64,000 bases of DNA from an uncultured Ignavibacterium sp. (lineage in GTDB: Bacteria; Bacteroidota; Ignavibacteria; Ignavibacteriales; Ignavibacteriaceae), in assembly GCA_964522885.1 (NCBI GenBank), contig CAZFZE010000010.1, positions 11,915-75,914 of the forward strand, read 5' to 3'. The position numbers were made by a program, and so were the translations under genes. The notes under the pieces were generated by a model. It saw only the letters and a program-made list of their open reading frames with translations, searched no databases and was not told where the DNA came from. Every line of letters begins with the position of its first letter. The first letter of the stretch is position 1. Shown here one piece after another: positions 1-7,769 of this stretch.

Positions 1-159
1 ATTATAAATATAATTTATTATTCAGTCTTGTCAAGAAAATAAAGTTTAACATTCGGCAATTGTTTTTATTTAGCAAGACAGTTTTTCTTTATTAAATTAA
101 AATTTTGCACTGTCTGTTAAAAAATTCATTTTTATAATCTGAAAAAAAGGTTTATCTAA

Positions 160-198
160 TAGAAAATAAAAACCTCTACCATTTTATTGATAGAGGTA
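160..198 (-). terminator. Rho-independent terminator after the 284..1024 gene
   Basis: On the minus strand a 7-bp stem ACCTCTA/TAGAGGT (197-191 and 178-172) with a 12-nt loop is followed by a T-rich tract (complement of 160-171). Confidence 0.5.
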
Positions 199-283
199 TT
201 ACAAAGCATTAATAATTAATACCATAATTAAATAAATCTGAATATTTTATTAAACATTTAAATGTCATTGGATAATATCCAGT

Positions 284-1024
284 CTATTTTCCTTTTTCAC
301 TCATTACTGAAAGATCTTTTCTGAACCAGGCATCGACAATTTTGTAATCCTTAACAAAATTCATGAACTTTATGTAATGAGGTTTAAAAGCTTCCCAGTA
401 CTTATCATTCCAATCTTTTGTATAATTAAGATAGTCGAGTCTGGTCTTACCTTGCTCGGACATTACTGATATGTTGCTGTTACCACCAAATACTTTGTTG
501 TGCCAGGTATAACCACCGGTAATATTGTTTTTTTCAAAAAAATCTTTAATTTCTTTTTTGCAGGCTGCTAACGCTTCTTCATCATAATAAGGATAATATT
601 CAAAAATCGTCCATCTTTCAAATCCAACTTCCTCAGGTTTTAGTCTTGGTTCTTTCGGTTCATAAGAATATTCTTTATCAAAACTATAGACCTCATTTTC
701 CATTGAAAATGTTTTGCCCCTAAAATTGCTAAACACTTTTTGCATTTCACCTTTACCTTCCTTCATAGAGACTTCATAGATAGATTGGTAAAACTTTGTT
801 ATATCATCCAGGTTTTCAATTTCAAAAAAGAAGTAGTAAGTATCATTTTCAGAAGAGTAAACATAGAATTGCATTGATGGCCAATATTTTTTAAAGAATA
901 CATTAGCATTTTTTTGAGCTTCCTCATACTCAAAATCTTTAGATGGTATGGCCCTTTCAATTTGGACCCACATTAGTTTTGGATTTTGATCATTCTGGGA
1001 ATAGGTTTTGCTTTTGCTCCCCAA
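284..1024 (-). CDS. hypothetical secreted protein. This is the body of the gene. The real start is probably the ATG at 1068, in another frame.
   Basis: 246-aa ORF with no motif I recognise. An SD-preceded ATG at 1068 encodes a signal-peptide-like MRSFIFIILFFALFF, one frame off across a T7 run. Confidence 0.55.
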   Translation of the reverse strand: MGSKSKTYSQNDQNPKLMWVQIERAIPSKDFEYEEAQKNANVFFKKYWPSMQFYVYSSENDTYYFFFEIENLDDITKFYQSIYEVSMKEGKGEMQKVFSNFRGKTFSMENEVYSFDKEYSYEPKEPRLKPEEVGFERWTIFEYYPYYDEEALAACKKEIKDFFEKNNITGGYTWHNKVFGGNSNISVMSEQGKTRLDYLNYTKDWNDKYWEAFKPHYIKFMNFVKDYKIVDAWFRKDLSVMSEKGK

Positions 1025-1068
1025 AAAAATAGAGCGAAAAATAAAATAATAAATATAAAGCTTCGCAT

Positions 1069-1270
1069 AACAGGTCTCCTTTTAATTGTGAATAATCTTT
1101 AATTAATTATTCTGCTTCGGGAGAGTTGTTCGGATTATTGTCTTCAGGCTTTAACGGTTAAATATCTTCAACTTTAAGCCCTCTCGGAGTAGATAAAAAT
1201 CGGATGATATAAGTATAAACTAATTTTTAAATTTTACAAGAAAATAATATTTGCGAATTAGCAAATAAAG
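1069..1270 (-). promoter_or_regulatory. conserved promoter plus 5' leader module, copy A
   Basis: Aligns block by block with 3332-3533. Blocks are the TTGCGAATTAGCAA dyad (1251-1264), -35 TTGTAA (1239-1234), 16 nt, -10 TATACT (1217-1212), CTACTCCGAGAG, CGAAGCAGAA and the RBS AGGAGAC. Confidence 0.5.
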
Positions 1271-1341
1271 ACCACTCATATTAGTTATTAGATTTATTTA
1301 TTATAATATGTTATAATTTATACTAATATTTACTTTTAGAT

Positions 1342-1734
1342 CTAAACTCTTTGAATGGATGTTTTTCTATCTTTTACAAAAACTAAGATATATCCAATAG
1401 CTAAAAGAACTTCAATAATTGCACTTACAATGATACCAGCACCTAGACGATTTGATGCATATTCATAAATGCTTAAGAAAGCCAGCAAAGATAAAATAAA
1501 AATAGCACCAATAGTTAACGCTGTTCTGGCTGTTGATAATGGTATTGATCTTGAGAGAAATAAGATTACTGATAACCCTAAATAGAAACTTGCCATTCGT
1601 CTACCAAGCAACAAAACATTTACGGTTGGTTCAATCTGCCAGCGTCCAATTACGAGTGATCCAAAAAACAAGTAACCGATGCCAAGTAAAAATGTAATTA
1701 TTGCTGTAATAATTGCGATAGTCTTAAAACTCAT
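1342..1734 (-). CDS. hypothetical integral membrane protein (about 4 TM helices)
   Basis: 130-aa ORF with four hydrophobic segments. An AGGAGG-like sequence (complement of 1741-1747) lies upstream of the ATG. Confidence 0.55.
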   Translation of the reverse strand: MSFKTIAIITAIITFLLGIGYLFFGSLVIGRWQIEPTVNVLLLGRRMASFYLGLSVILFLSRSIPLSTARTALTIGAIFILSLLAFLSIYEYASNRLGAGIIVSAIIEVLLAIGYILVFVKDRKTSIQRV

Positions 1735-1773
1735 TATACACCTCCTTCTATAAAATTGATTTACAAAGCCACT

Positions 1774-2226
1774 CTATGAACCAGGCATTAATCCAAGTTG
1801 CATTAAAGCTGCCAGATTATCCCAAGAAGTCCAGGTTTCCACTATTAGACCTTCCTTAAAACGATGCATACCAATGATTGTTATTTCCATACGTCTGTTT
1901 GTTGGCGGGAAAGGTCCTAATACACCCTGTTGTGTTCCTGAGCCCTTTGATCTCCAGGCTACAAATTCACCTTCGCCAATCAGAAACTCAATTTCCTCTT
2001 TGTAATCAGGAAATGTTTGCTGATTTGATAATAGCCATTGATACATTCTATCTTTACCATTTATCTCCTGCAAACCCGGTGGCATTGCCTGACAGTGGCG
2101 GACATAATTAGGTGCGAGATGATCAGTGAATCCGGAAATGTTTCCTTTACTTAGATCATCAAGCATCTGTTTTAAGATGGATTTGTTTTCTTCAACTTGA
2201 TTACTCAAATTGGTTTTGGATCCCAT
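1774..2226 (-). CDS. SnoaL-like ester cyclase family protein
   Basis: The translation resembles SnoaL/predicted ester cyclase proteins (NYVRH, FVAWR, GTQQG..G..PTN..M, GMHRF..G.IVE.W). The likely start is the internal ATG (MGSKTN) at 2226. Confidence 0.65.
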   Translation of the reverse strand: MGSKTNLSNQVEENKSILKQMLDDLSKGNISGFTDHLAPNYVRHCQAMPPGLQEINGKDRMYQWLLSNQQTFPDYKEEIEFLIGEGEFVAWRSKGSGTQQGVLGPFPPTNRRMEITIIGMHRFKEGLIVETWTSWDNLAALMQLGLMPGS

Positions 2227-2332
2227 ATATGACTCCTGCTGATAAAAAAATGATTTAGAATATTTTATTTGTAACAATTAAACTCATTGTCTAAATCTTT
2301 CTTGATGGTTAATGTAACGGTTCACAAAATTT

Positions 2333-2722
2333 TTATTTATTATAAAAATTCTTGCTAATTAGTGCACCAATAAAAATCTCGATAAAACAAAATGTCATTA
2401 AGATCAACAAAATAGGAACACTAACTACTTTAAGATTAAATAAAATTATCCATATTCCGGAAAATGTTGTAAACCAAATAATTAAAGATGACTTTAATAA
2501 TGAAAACTTTTTTGAGACAATAATAATGATAAGCGAGAGTAAAATTCCCCATACCAACCATATTGTTAAGTATAAAGGACCTCCGGGCGGTTCGATGTTT
2601 CTATTTTGAAAATGCTTTATAAAATATGGTTTTGCAAATAGTATCCATCTTAGTGTTTCGGCTATAGTAATCCAAATACTGATGATGATAATTTGCCAAA
2701 TTGTTTTTATGTAATTTTTCAC
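2333..2722 (-). CDS. hypothetical integral membrane protein
   Basis: 129-aa ORF with about four hydrophobic helices and no recognised motif. Confidence 0.45.
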   Translation of the reverse strand: MKNYIKTIWQIIIISIWITIAETLRWILFAKPYFIKHFQNRNIEPPGGPLYLTIWLVWGILLSLIIIIVSKKFSLLKSSLIIWFTTFSGIWIILFNLKVVSVPILLILMTFCFIEIFIGALISKNFYNK

Positions 2723-2830
2723 ATTAAACCATTATAGATAATTTCATCTAATTATTTTATTCTTAATAATTAAACCCAGCGCCTAACTCTTTTTTTGTAA
2801 TTAGTGATATCTTCACCTAGAATTTTAATT

Positions 2831-3331
2831 TTATTCCTCTTTTTTCTCCATCGCAGGTGGCACCTGAGCTGTCTGCTGATAAACAACAATCCAATTATTA
2901 TTGATTTTTCTAAAGATCATAGTTACGCCAAAATCAACTACAAGTTGTTCGCCAGTTTTTAGTGTCATCTCGAATTTACCGAGCCAAGGATAAATTACTG
3001 TGTTGTCGGGAAGAAACCTGAATTCTTCTTTTAGAGTTGTTACTTTAATAGACCAAAGAGTACTGAACCAAGAAGCGTGTTCGGTTTTAGCTCTTTGATA
3101 GTCCACCATTGTTCCATAAACAGTGAAAAGAATAAAGTCAGGGGTGTTCAAATACGGTTTAAAAGCAGCTTCATCGTCCAGTTTCTCAAGCCCTTGGGTG
3201 ATTAAGTTGACTACATCTTTAATTTCCTTTTTTGCAGTTTCCTGTTCCTGAGGTGTCATCTGTGTTGATTCTTGTTTCACACATCCAAATAAGAATAAGA
3301 AGGATAGAAAAATGAAAAGATTTTTTTTCAT
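2831..3331 (-). CDS. NTF2/SnoaL-fold (DUF4440-like) lipoprotein
   Basis: Lipoprotein signal MKKNLFIFLSFLFLFGC. The length and pattern fit an NTF2-like fold domain. It is preceded by RBS AGGAGAC and leader module copy B. Confidence 0.55.
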   Translation of the reverse strand: MKKNLFIFLSFLFLFGCVKQESTQMTPQEQETAKKEIKDVVNLITQGLEKLDDEAAFKPYLNTPDFILFTVYGTMVDYQRAKTEHASWFSTLWSIKVTTLKEEFRFLPDNTVIYPWLGKFEMTLKTGEQLVVDFGVTMIFRKINNNWIVVYQQTAQVPPAMEKKEE

Positions 3332-3533
3332 AGCAGTCTCCTGTAAAAGTGAATATTTTCTTTCTCAGTAGTTCTGCTTCGAAAAAGTAATATTGATATG
3401 TCATCTCCAGAGAATTAAGAAGTAAGATGGCTCTAAGCTATTGCTCTCTCGGAGTAGTTTAAAATAGGATAGTATAAGTATAATCTAATTTCTATATTTT
3501 GCAAATAAATATTACTTGTGAATTAGCAAATAA
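3332..3533 (-). promoter_or_regulatory. conserved promoter plus 5' leader module, copy B
   Basis: Same ordered blocks as 1069-1270: dyad TTGTGAATTAGCAA (3516-3529), -35 TTGCAA (3504-3499), 16 nt, -10 TATACT (3482-3477), CTACTCCGAGAG, CGAAGCAGAA and RBS AGGAGAC. Confidence 0.5.
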
Positions 3534-3729
3534 TAAATTAGAATATTTTAAAGGAGATGAGAGATAAATATATCTATTGTGTTAATAGTTATCTAAATAA
3601 AATAAATGGATAGTAATATTTAAAATCGTAATTGTCATTGTGATAGAAAGATATCTTGTAACAAAGAATTATTTGTAAACTTAAATAAAAGGTAATTGTT
3701 AGCGATAAAAGAAAAATTGTGGAAGTTTT

Positions 3730-4581
3730 TCAGATTAACATTTTATTAATCTTTTTAATAGTAAGTGGAGCACTGCCTTCAAAATGATTGTTTACATTTA
3801 TGAAAGCATCAATCTTCTTATTTTTTAGGTAATAAATTATTTGAGAAATTTTATCAAGATCTTCATCTTTTGGTTCAACAATCTGATTCCAGATACCTCT
3901 GGTTTTCTTTTCGATATCTAACCTATCTGGTCCGTGCAACCTTATAATAGTAGTTGAGGTTTGATATTCCTTAAATTCATTGAAGACATTCCAGACAGGA
4001 GGCATATAATAACCTTGTAGGAAGACCATTGCAATGTTATTGCGCTTAAGAAATTCAAAGAATGGTTTTTTAAGAAAATTAGGATTACGGATTTCAACTC
4101 CGTATGTATATTCATCATTTACAGACTCAATAAAGCCTTCAAAGCGTTCAATAAATTCTGTTAGTCCGCTTATTTTTTGTTTGTTCAGATATTCAAACTG
4201 GAACATGAGAGCACCGACTTTTTTCTTCATTGGGTTCAATGAATCAAGAAACTCTGTGAATAGTTTGGTATTCAAAAAATATGGGTTATGCTTAATGGGT
4301 TCAGATTTATTTTTGTTATAATAATGAGTAAGTGTTATACTGTTTGGAATCTTGATTGTAAACTTAAAGTCATCGGGTACTGACTGTGCATAATCTTTAA
4401 CATCGCTTTCTTGTGGGAGAACAGGTTTTTTAGATTCAAATAATGACCAAAACCATTGATCTATCTCAACAGTATTGAAGTGCTTTGCATATTCTTCCAG
4501 ATAATTAAATTTATCTTTATCCGGATAAATAATTCCTTTCCAGGAATCATATTTCCAACTGCATGTTCCTATTCTAATCAT
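3730..4581 (-). CDS. DUF72 (UPF0759/YecE-like) family protein
   Basis: N-terminus IRIGTCSWKYDSWKGIIYP and the overall length are typical of DUF72 proteins. Confidence 0.75.
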   Translation of the reverse strand: MIRIGTCSWKYDSWKGIIYPDKDKFNYLEEYAKHFNTVEIDQWFWSLFESKKPVLPQESDVKDYAQSVPDDFKFTIKIPNSITLTHYYNKNKSEPIKHNPYFLNTKLFTEFLDSLNPMKKKVGALMFQFEYLNKQKISGLTEFIERFEGFIESVNDEYTYGVEIRNPNFLKKPFFEFLKRNNIAMVFLQGYYMPPVWNVFNEFKEYQTSTTIIRLHGPDRLDIEKKTRGIWNQIVEPKDEDLDKISQIIYYLKNKKIDAFINVNNHFEGSAPLTIKKINKMLI

Positions 4582-4801
4582 TTAATTTGGTGAGTGGGTT
4601 AAAAAATATTTATGTAAAAGATAGTAAAATTATAATTATATCTTATGCCTAAATATTTGTATCTATGTTATAAAAATTATTGAGAAATTATTAAACATAT
4701 TTTTGGAATTTTTTCTGCTAGTCCTAAATGGTATCGAGTCATTGAGAGCAAGCTTAAGATAACTTGAACTTAATTATTTGGAACTATAATTCTAAAAAAA
4801 A

Positions 4802-5224
4802 TCAAAAATTTCTTGTTTTTTCTTCTCTCAAACTATATTTAATACATCCAATAAGTCCAATAATTATTCCTGAAGGACAAATAAAAACCGCTAAAACAAA
4901 AAAGAATATTCCAAGACTTTCAAAGAAAGTCCCTTTACCAATTGCTGAAAGGATATTATGCAATATTGCGAATAAGACTAATCCCAAAACTGAACCGATA
5001 AGTAGAAATGCAAATGTTCTTGATCTTTGCCAATGATGTGTAAAAGCAAGAATGAATAGAATACTACCAGTAAAATTGAGTATGATTCCAGGAGGATTAT
5101 CAGGAATACTGACTAAGAATGCACTTAAGAATGACAAAACACTTAAGAGTAAGTATATATATGTCTTTCTTTGATGTATAATGAATTTCATTTTATCAGA
5201 AATAAAATTAGTACTCCTTAGCAA
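4802..5224 (-). CDS. hypothetical integral membrane protein
   Basis: 140-aa ORF with 3-4 hydrophobic helices. An alternative start is MKFII at 5191. The overlapping plus-strand ORF 4764-5036 looks non-coding. Confidence 0.4.
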   Translation of the reverse strand: MLRSTNFISDKMKFIIHQRKTYIYLLLSVLSFLSAFLVSIPDNPPGIILNFTGSILFILAFTHHWQRSRTFAFLLIGSVLGLVLFAILHNILSAIGKGTFFESLGIFFFVLAVFICPSGIIIGLIGCIKYSLREEKTRNF

Positions 5225-5475
5225 GCTGATACTTCACTATTATTGAAGCATTAACGATATATTATGGATCAATAATTATTATTGATTTGACAAATACAAA
5301 TAACCATTTAACAATATACCATAAATAGCTAATTTTTCTATTAAATGTCAAAGTTGATTTAGATATTTGATTTGCAGAAAAGTTGAGATGAATAACTTAT
5401 GATAACAATTAACAAGACACAATTATTAACTTTGATACTTCCTTATCTAGAATTACTATCTTTTTCATTAAGCAT

Positions 5476-6321
5476 TTAATCAGCTCTTTTAGTTTTCTTA
5501 AAACTTCTAAAAGCATATAATGTTTGTTTGAAGTAATGAGGAGGGAAAAAAGTCTTTAAACCATATTCATCAGGTTTTGAATCCGGAAGGAAAGCAGTAC
5601 CAAAAAGCCAATCCCATATTGCAAATTTTGTAGCAAAGTTTCTGTTCCTGCCTTTACCAGTTGAATGATGCCAGCGATGCATCTCTGGTCCGTTTATTAT
5701 TTTTTGCAGCCATCCGGTTTTTACATCAAGATTAGAATGGATATACATTCCCCATATTGCACTTATAACACCTTTGTAAGCAATTACTTCAGGTGGGGAA
5801 CCAAGCAAAACGATTGGTGCAAATTCAACTGTTTGATTAATTAAAATTTCAAGAGCATGAGACCTTGATCCTGAAAGCCAATCAACTTTTTTAGGAGAAT
5901 GGTGGGCTTCATGAATTCTCCATAACCATTTGTTGCTATGTTGCCAACGATGCATCCAATAGATATAAATATCGTGCGTGATTGTAAAAAATATTAATTG
6001 AATCCATATAGGAACTGTTGCAAATAATTTAAGTCGAGATAATCCGGTAGTATTATCGATGAAGTTTATAATTATGCTAAAAATTATGATGCTTAAAATG
6101 TAACTCTGAGCAATAGTATAAAGTGCAAGATCATCAAAAAATCCTTCACGAAAAATTTCTTGATTTTTGGTGTACGGAAATAGTCTTTCAAGGACAATAA
6201 AAATTACCGCTGCTGCAATAATCAACATCATCGAATATTTTTCAGGATCAGACATATTATAAAAATAATTTCTAATGATATTAGAAAAATCAGATACTAT
6301 ATTTACTAAAATTGCATACAT
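5476..6321 (-). CDS. fatty acid hydroxylase / sterol desaturase superfamily membrane di-iron oxygenase
   Basis: Three histidine boxes (HRWQH, HEAHH, HRWHH) plus N-terminal TM helices. It starts 12 nt after the NeuB-like gene. Confidence 0.8.
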   Translation of the reverse strand: MYAILVNIVSDFSNIIRNYFYNMSDPEKYSMMLIIAAAVIFIVLERLFPYTKNQEIFREGFFDDLALYTIAQSYILSIIIFSIIINFIDNTTGLSRLKLFATVPIWIQLIFFTITHDIYIYWMHRWQHSNKWLWRIHEAHHSPKKVDWLSGSRSHALEILINQTVEFAPIVLLGSPPEVIAYKGVISAIWGMYIHSNLDVKTGWLQKIINGPEMHRWHHSTGKGRNRNFATKFAIWDWLFGTAFLPDSKPDEYGLKTFFPPHYFKQTLYAFRSFKKTKRAD

Positions 6322-6333
6322 ACAAAAATTCTG

Positions 6334-7212
6334 TTACTTAATGCGTCGTAATTTTTTAATTTGGCTTAGTTCGCTATCATAAACTTTTTTTATACCATCA
6401 CCTAATGCAGTTTCAATGTCTCGAATATTTGCAACAAGTCTTTCCATGCCGCCAATTTCAACTGAGGCTGCCTGATCCGTTCCCCACATAGCCCGATCCA
6501 GTGTAATATGTCTTTCAACAAATGATGCTCCAAGTGCCACTGCCGCCCAAGTGGGTGCCAATCCAACCTCATGTCCGCTATAACCTATGGGAATTCCTGG
6601 ATAGTAATCTTTGAACGATTGAATCATTTTAAGATTAAGTTCTTCGTTCTTGCAAGGGTAAGAGGAAGTTGCATGAGCAATCATCAAATTATTTTTGTTT
6701 AAAAATTTTACTGCCTTGTCTATTTGTTCCATCGTTGACATTCCGGTAGAAATCATCAATGGTTTATCAAGATTATTATGTTTGTCAAGCAACATAAAAT
6801 CTGTTAATGCTGCGGAAGCTATTTTATAAAGTGGGGGATTGAATTGCTCAATAAAATCCACTGATGGTTCATCCCAGCATGAAGCAAACCAGATCATTCC
6901 GATTTCTTTACAATATTTGTCAATCTCCGAGTACTCATATTCACCTAATTCAACTTTGTGTCTGTATTCAATATAAGTCATTCTACCCCAAGGAGTATCA
7001 CGCTCAATATTCCATTGATCTTTTGGTGTGCAGATTTCTGGAGTTCGTTTTTGAAATTTGACTGCATCACAACCGGCGTGTTTTGCCCCAGCAATAATTT
7101 TCTTTGCAAGGTCTAAACTTCCATTATGATTGATTCCGATTTCGCCAATAACAAAAACAGGATGTCCATCACCAATAAATCTGTTCCCGACTTTAATTTC
7201 TCTTTTAGACAT
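6334..7212 (-). CDS. NeuB-family ulosonic acid (N-acylneuraminate / KDN-9-P type) synthase, TIM-barrel domain only
   Basis: Motifs FVIGEIGINHNGSLDLAKKII..AK.AG.DAVKFQ and ..SGHE.G. match the NeuB family. It is only 292 aa, with no room for a C-terminal SAF domain. Confidence 0.85.
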   Translation of the reverse strand: MSKREIKVGNRFIGDGHPVFVIGEIGINHNGSLDLAKKIIAGAKHAGCDAVKFQKRTPEICTPKDQWNIERDTPWGRMTYIEYRHKVELGEYEYSEIDKYCKEIGMIWFASCWDEPSVDFIEQFNPPLYKIASAALTDFMLLDKHNNLDKPLMISTGMSTMEQIDKAVKFLNKNNLMIAHATSSYPCKNEELNLKMIQSFKDYYPGIPIGYSGHEVGLAPTWAAVALGASFVERHITLDRAMWGTDQAASVEIGGMERLVANIRDIETALGDGIKKVYDSELSQIKKLRRIK

Positions 7213-7229
7213 AAAAACTTTCTGGATGT

Positions 7230-7769
7230 TTATAAATTTGATTTGAGAGATAGCAATAATTCGGCAAATTCACGAAATGCTCCGTAACCTGCATTTGTTT
7301 CGCAAACATAATCAGCAATCTCTTTTATATAGCTCATACCATCAGCAGGAGTTGCAGTAAAGCCGCATTGTTTCATAATCTCATAATCATTTGAATCATC
7401 ACCGATGTATGCAATATTTTTGTTATCGAGTCCGTGTTTCTTTTTGATTATTTCTAACACATCTTCTTTTTTCTTAACGCCTAAATAATATTCTGTCATC
7501 TTGAGTTTTTCAGCTCTGGATTTAACAGTCAGGGAATTTTCACCAGTTATTATTATTGTTTCAATCCCAGCATAATTGCGTAATCTCTCAACGCCCATAC
7601 CGTCCCGTATTGAAAATCTTTTTAATGCTTCACCATCAGGTCCATAATAAATTCCGGTATCAGTAAGAACGCCATCAACATCTGTTAAAACAATCTTTAT
7701 TTTTTCTGCCTTATCTTTAAGTGAAAGATTTTTGTCTCTCAAATTTTTGTCTATCACCATGCTGTCCAT
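7230..7769 (-). CDS. KdsC-type HAD phosphatase (3-deoxy-ulosonate phosphate phosphatase family)
   Basis: HAD motif I is DVDGVLTD and there is a GDD.ND motif. The size and pattern match KdsC and KDN-9-P phosphatases. Confidence 0.8.
   Translation of the reverse strand: MDSMVIDKNLRDKNLSLKDKAEKIKIVLTDVDGVLTDTGIYYGPDGEALKRFSIRDGMGVERLRNYAGIETIIITGENSLTVKSRAEKLKMTEYYLGVKKKEDVLEIIKKKHGLDNKNIAYIGDDSNDYEIMKQCGFTATPADGMSYIKEIADYVCETNAGYGAFREFAELLLSLKSNL

Noticed and set aside
1188-1200. CCGAGAG in the shared leader resembles the GGUCCGAGAG block of the ykkC (guanidine-I) riboswitch. The plus-strand reading CGGAGTAG resembles the GGAGUAG of the yybP-ykoY Mn riboswitch.
   Set aside because: The other conserved blocks of those riboswitches (for example CUAGGGUUCCG and ACGR for ykkC) are absent. 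The yybP-like reading is on the wrong strand, with no downstream plus-strand gene. The downstream genes are not transporters.
1878-2111. Many 60-100-aa ORFs in the supplied track lie antisense to or nested within long genes. Examples are 1878-2111, 2352-2609, 4034-4321, 6864-7061, 8164-8646, 8987-9259, 9336-9866, 10123-10371, 11445-11663, 12844-13047, 17135-17362, 18637-19951, 21239-21493, 23418-23639, 24825-25016, 26040-26222, 28214-28426, 29247-29951, 30164-30439, 32065-32349, 33318-33587, 34470-34940, 35833-36021, 37298-37492, 39175-39429, 42543-42752, 43168-43356, 44009-44521, 48325-49175, 49850-50122, 50881-51081, 54966-55172, 58567-59363, 60620-60814 and 62463-63582.
   Set aside because: Each overlaps a longer ORF that has clear family motifs. 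Their translations are low-complexity and typical of shadow frames in AT-rich DNA. None has a convincing RBS or recognisable domain.
3219-3404. 61-aa minus-strand ORF overlapping the 5' end of the NTF2-like lipoprotein gene and its leader.
   Set aside because: It lies in an alternative frame across the conserved leader and RBS. The SD-preceded ATG at 3331, with a classic lipoprotein signal, explains the region better.
4764-5036. Plus-strand 90-aa ORF overlapping the 4802-5224 minus-strand membrane-protein ORF.
   Set aside because: Its translation is basic and low-complexity with no features. The minus-strand product has regular TM helices. Neither is strongly supported, so only the longer one is listed, at low confidence.
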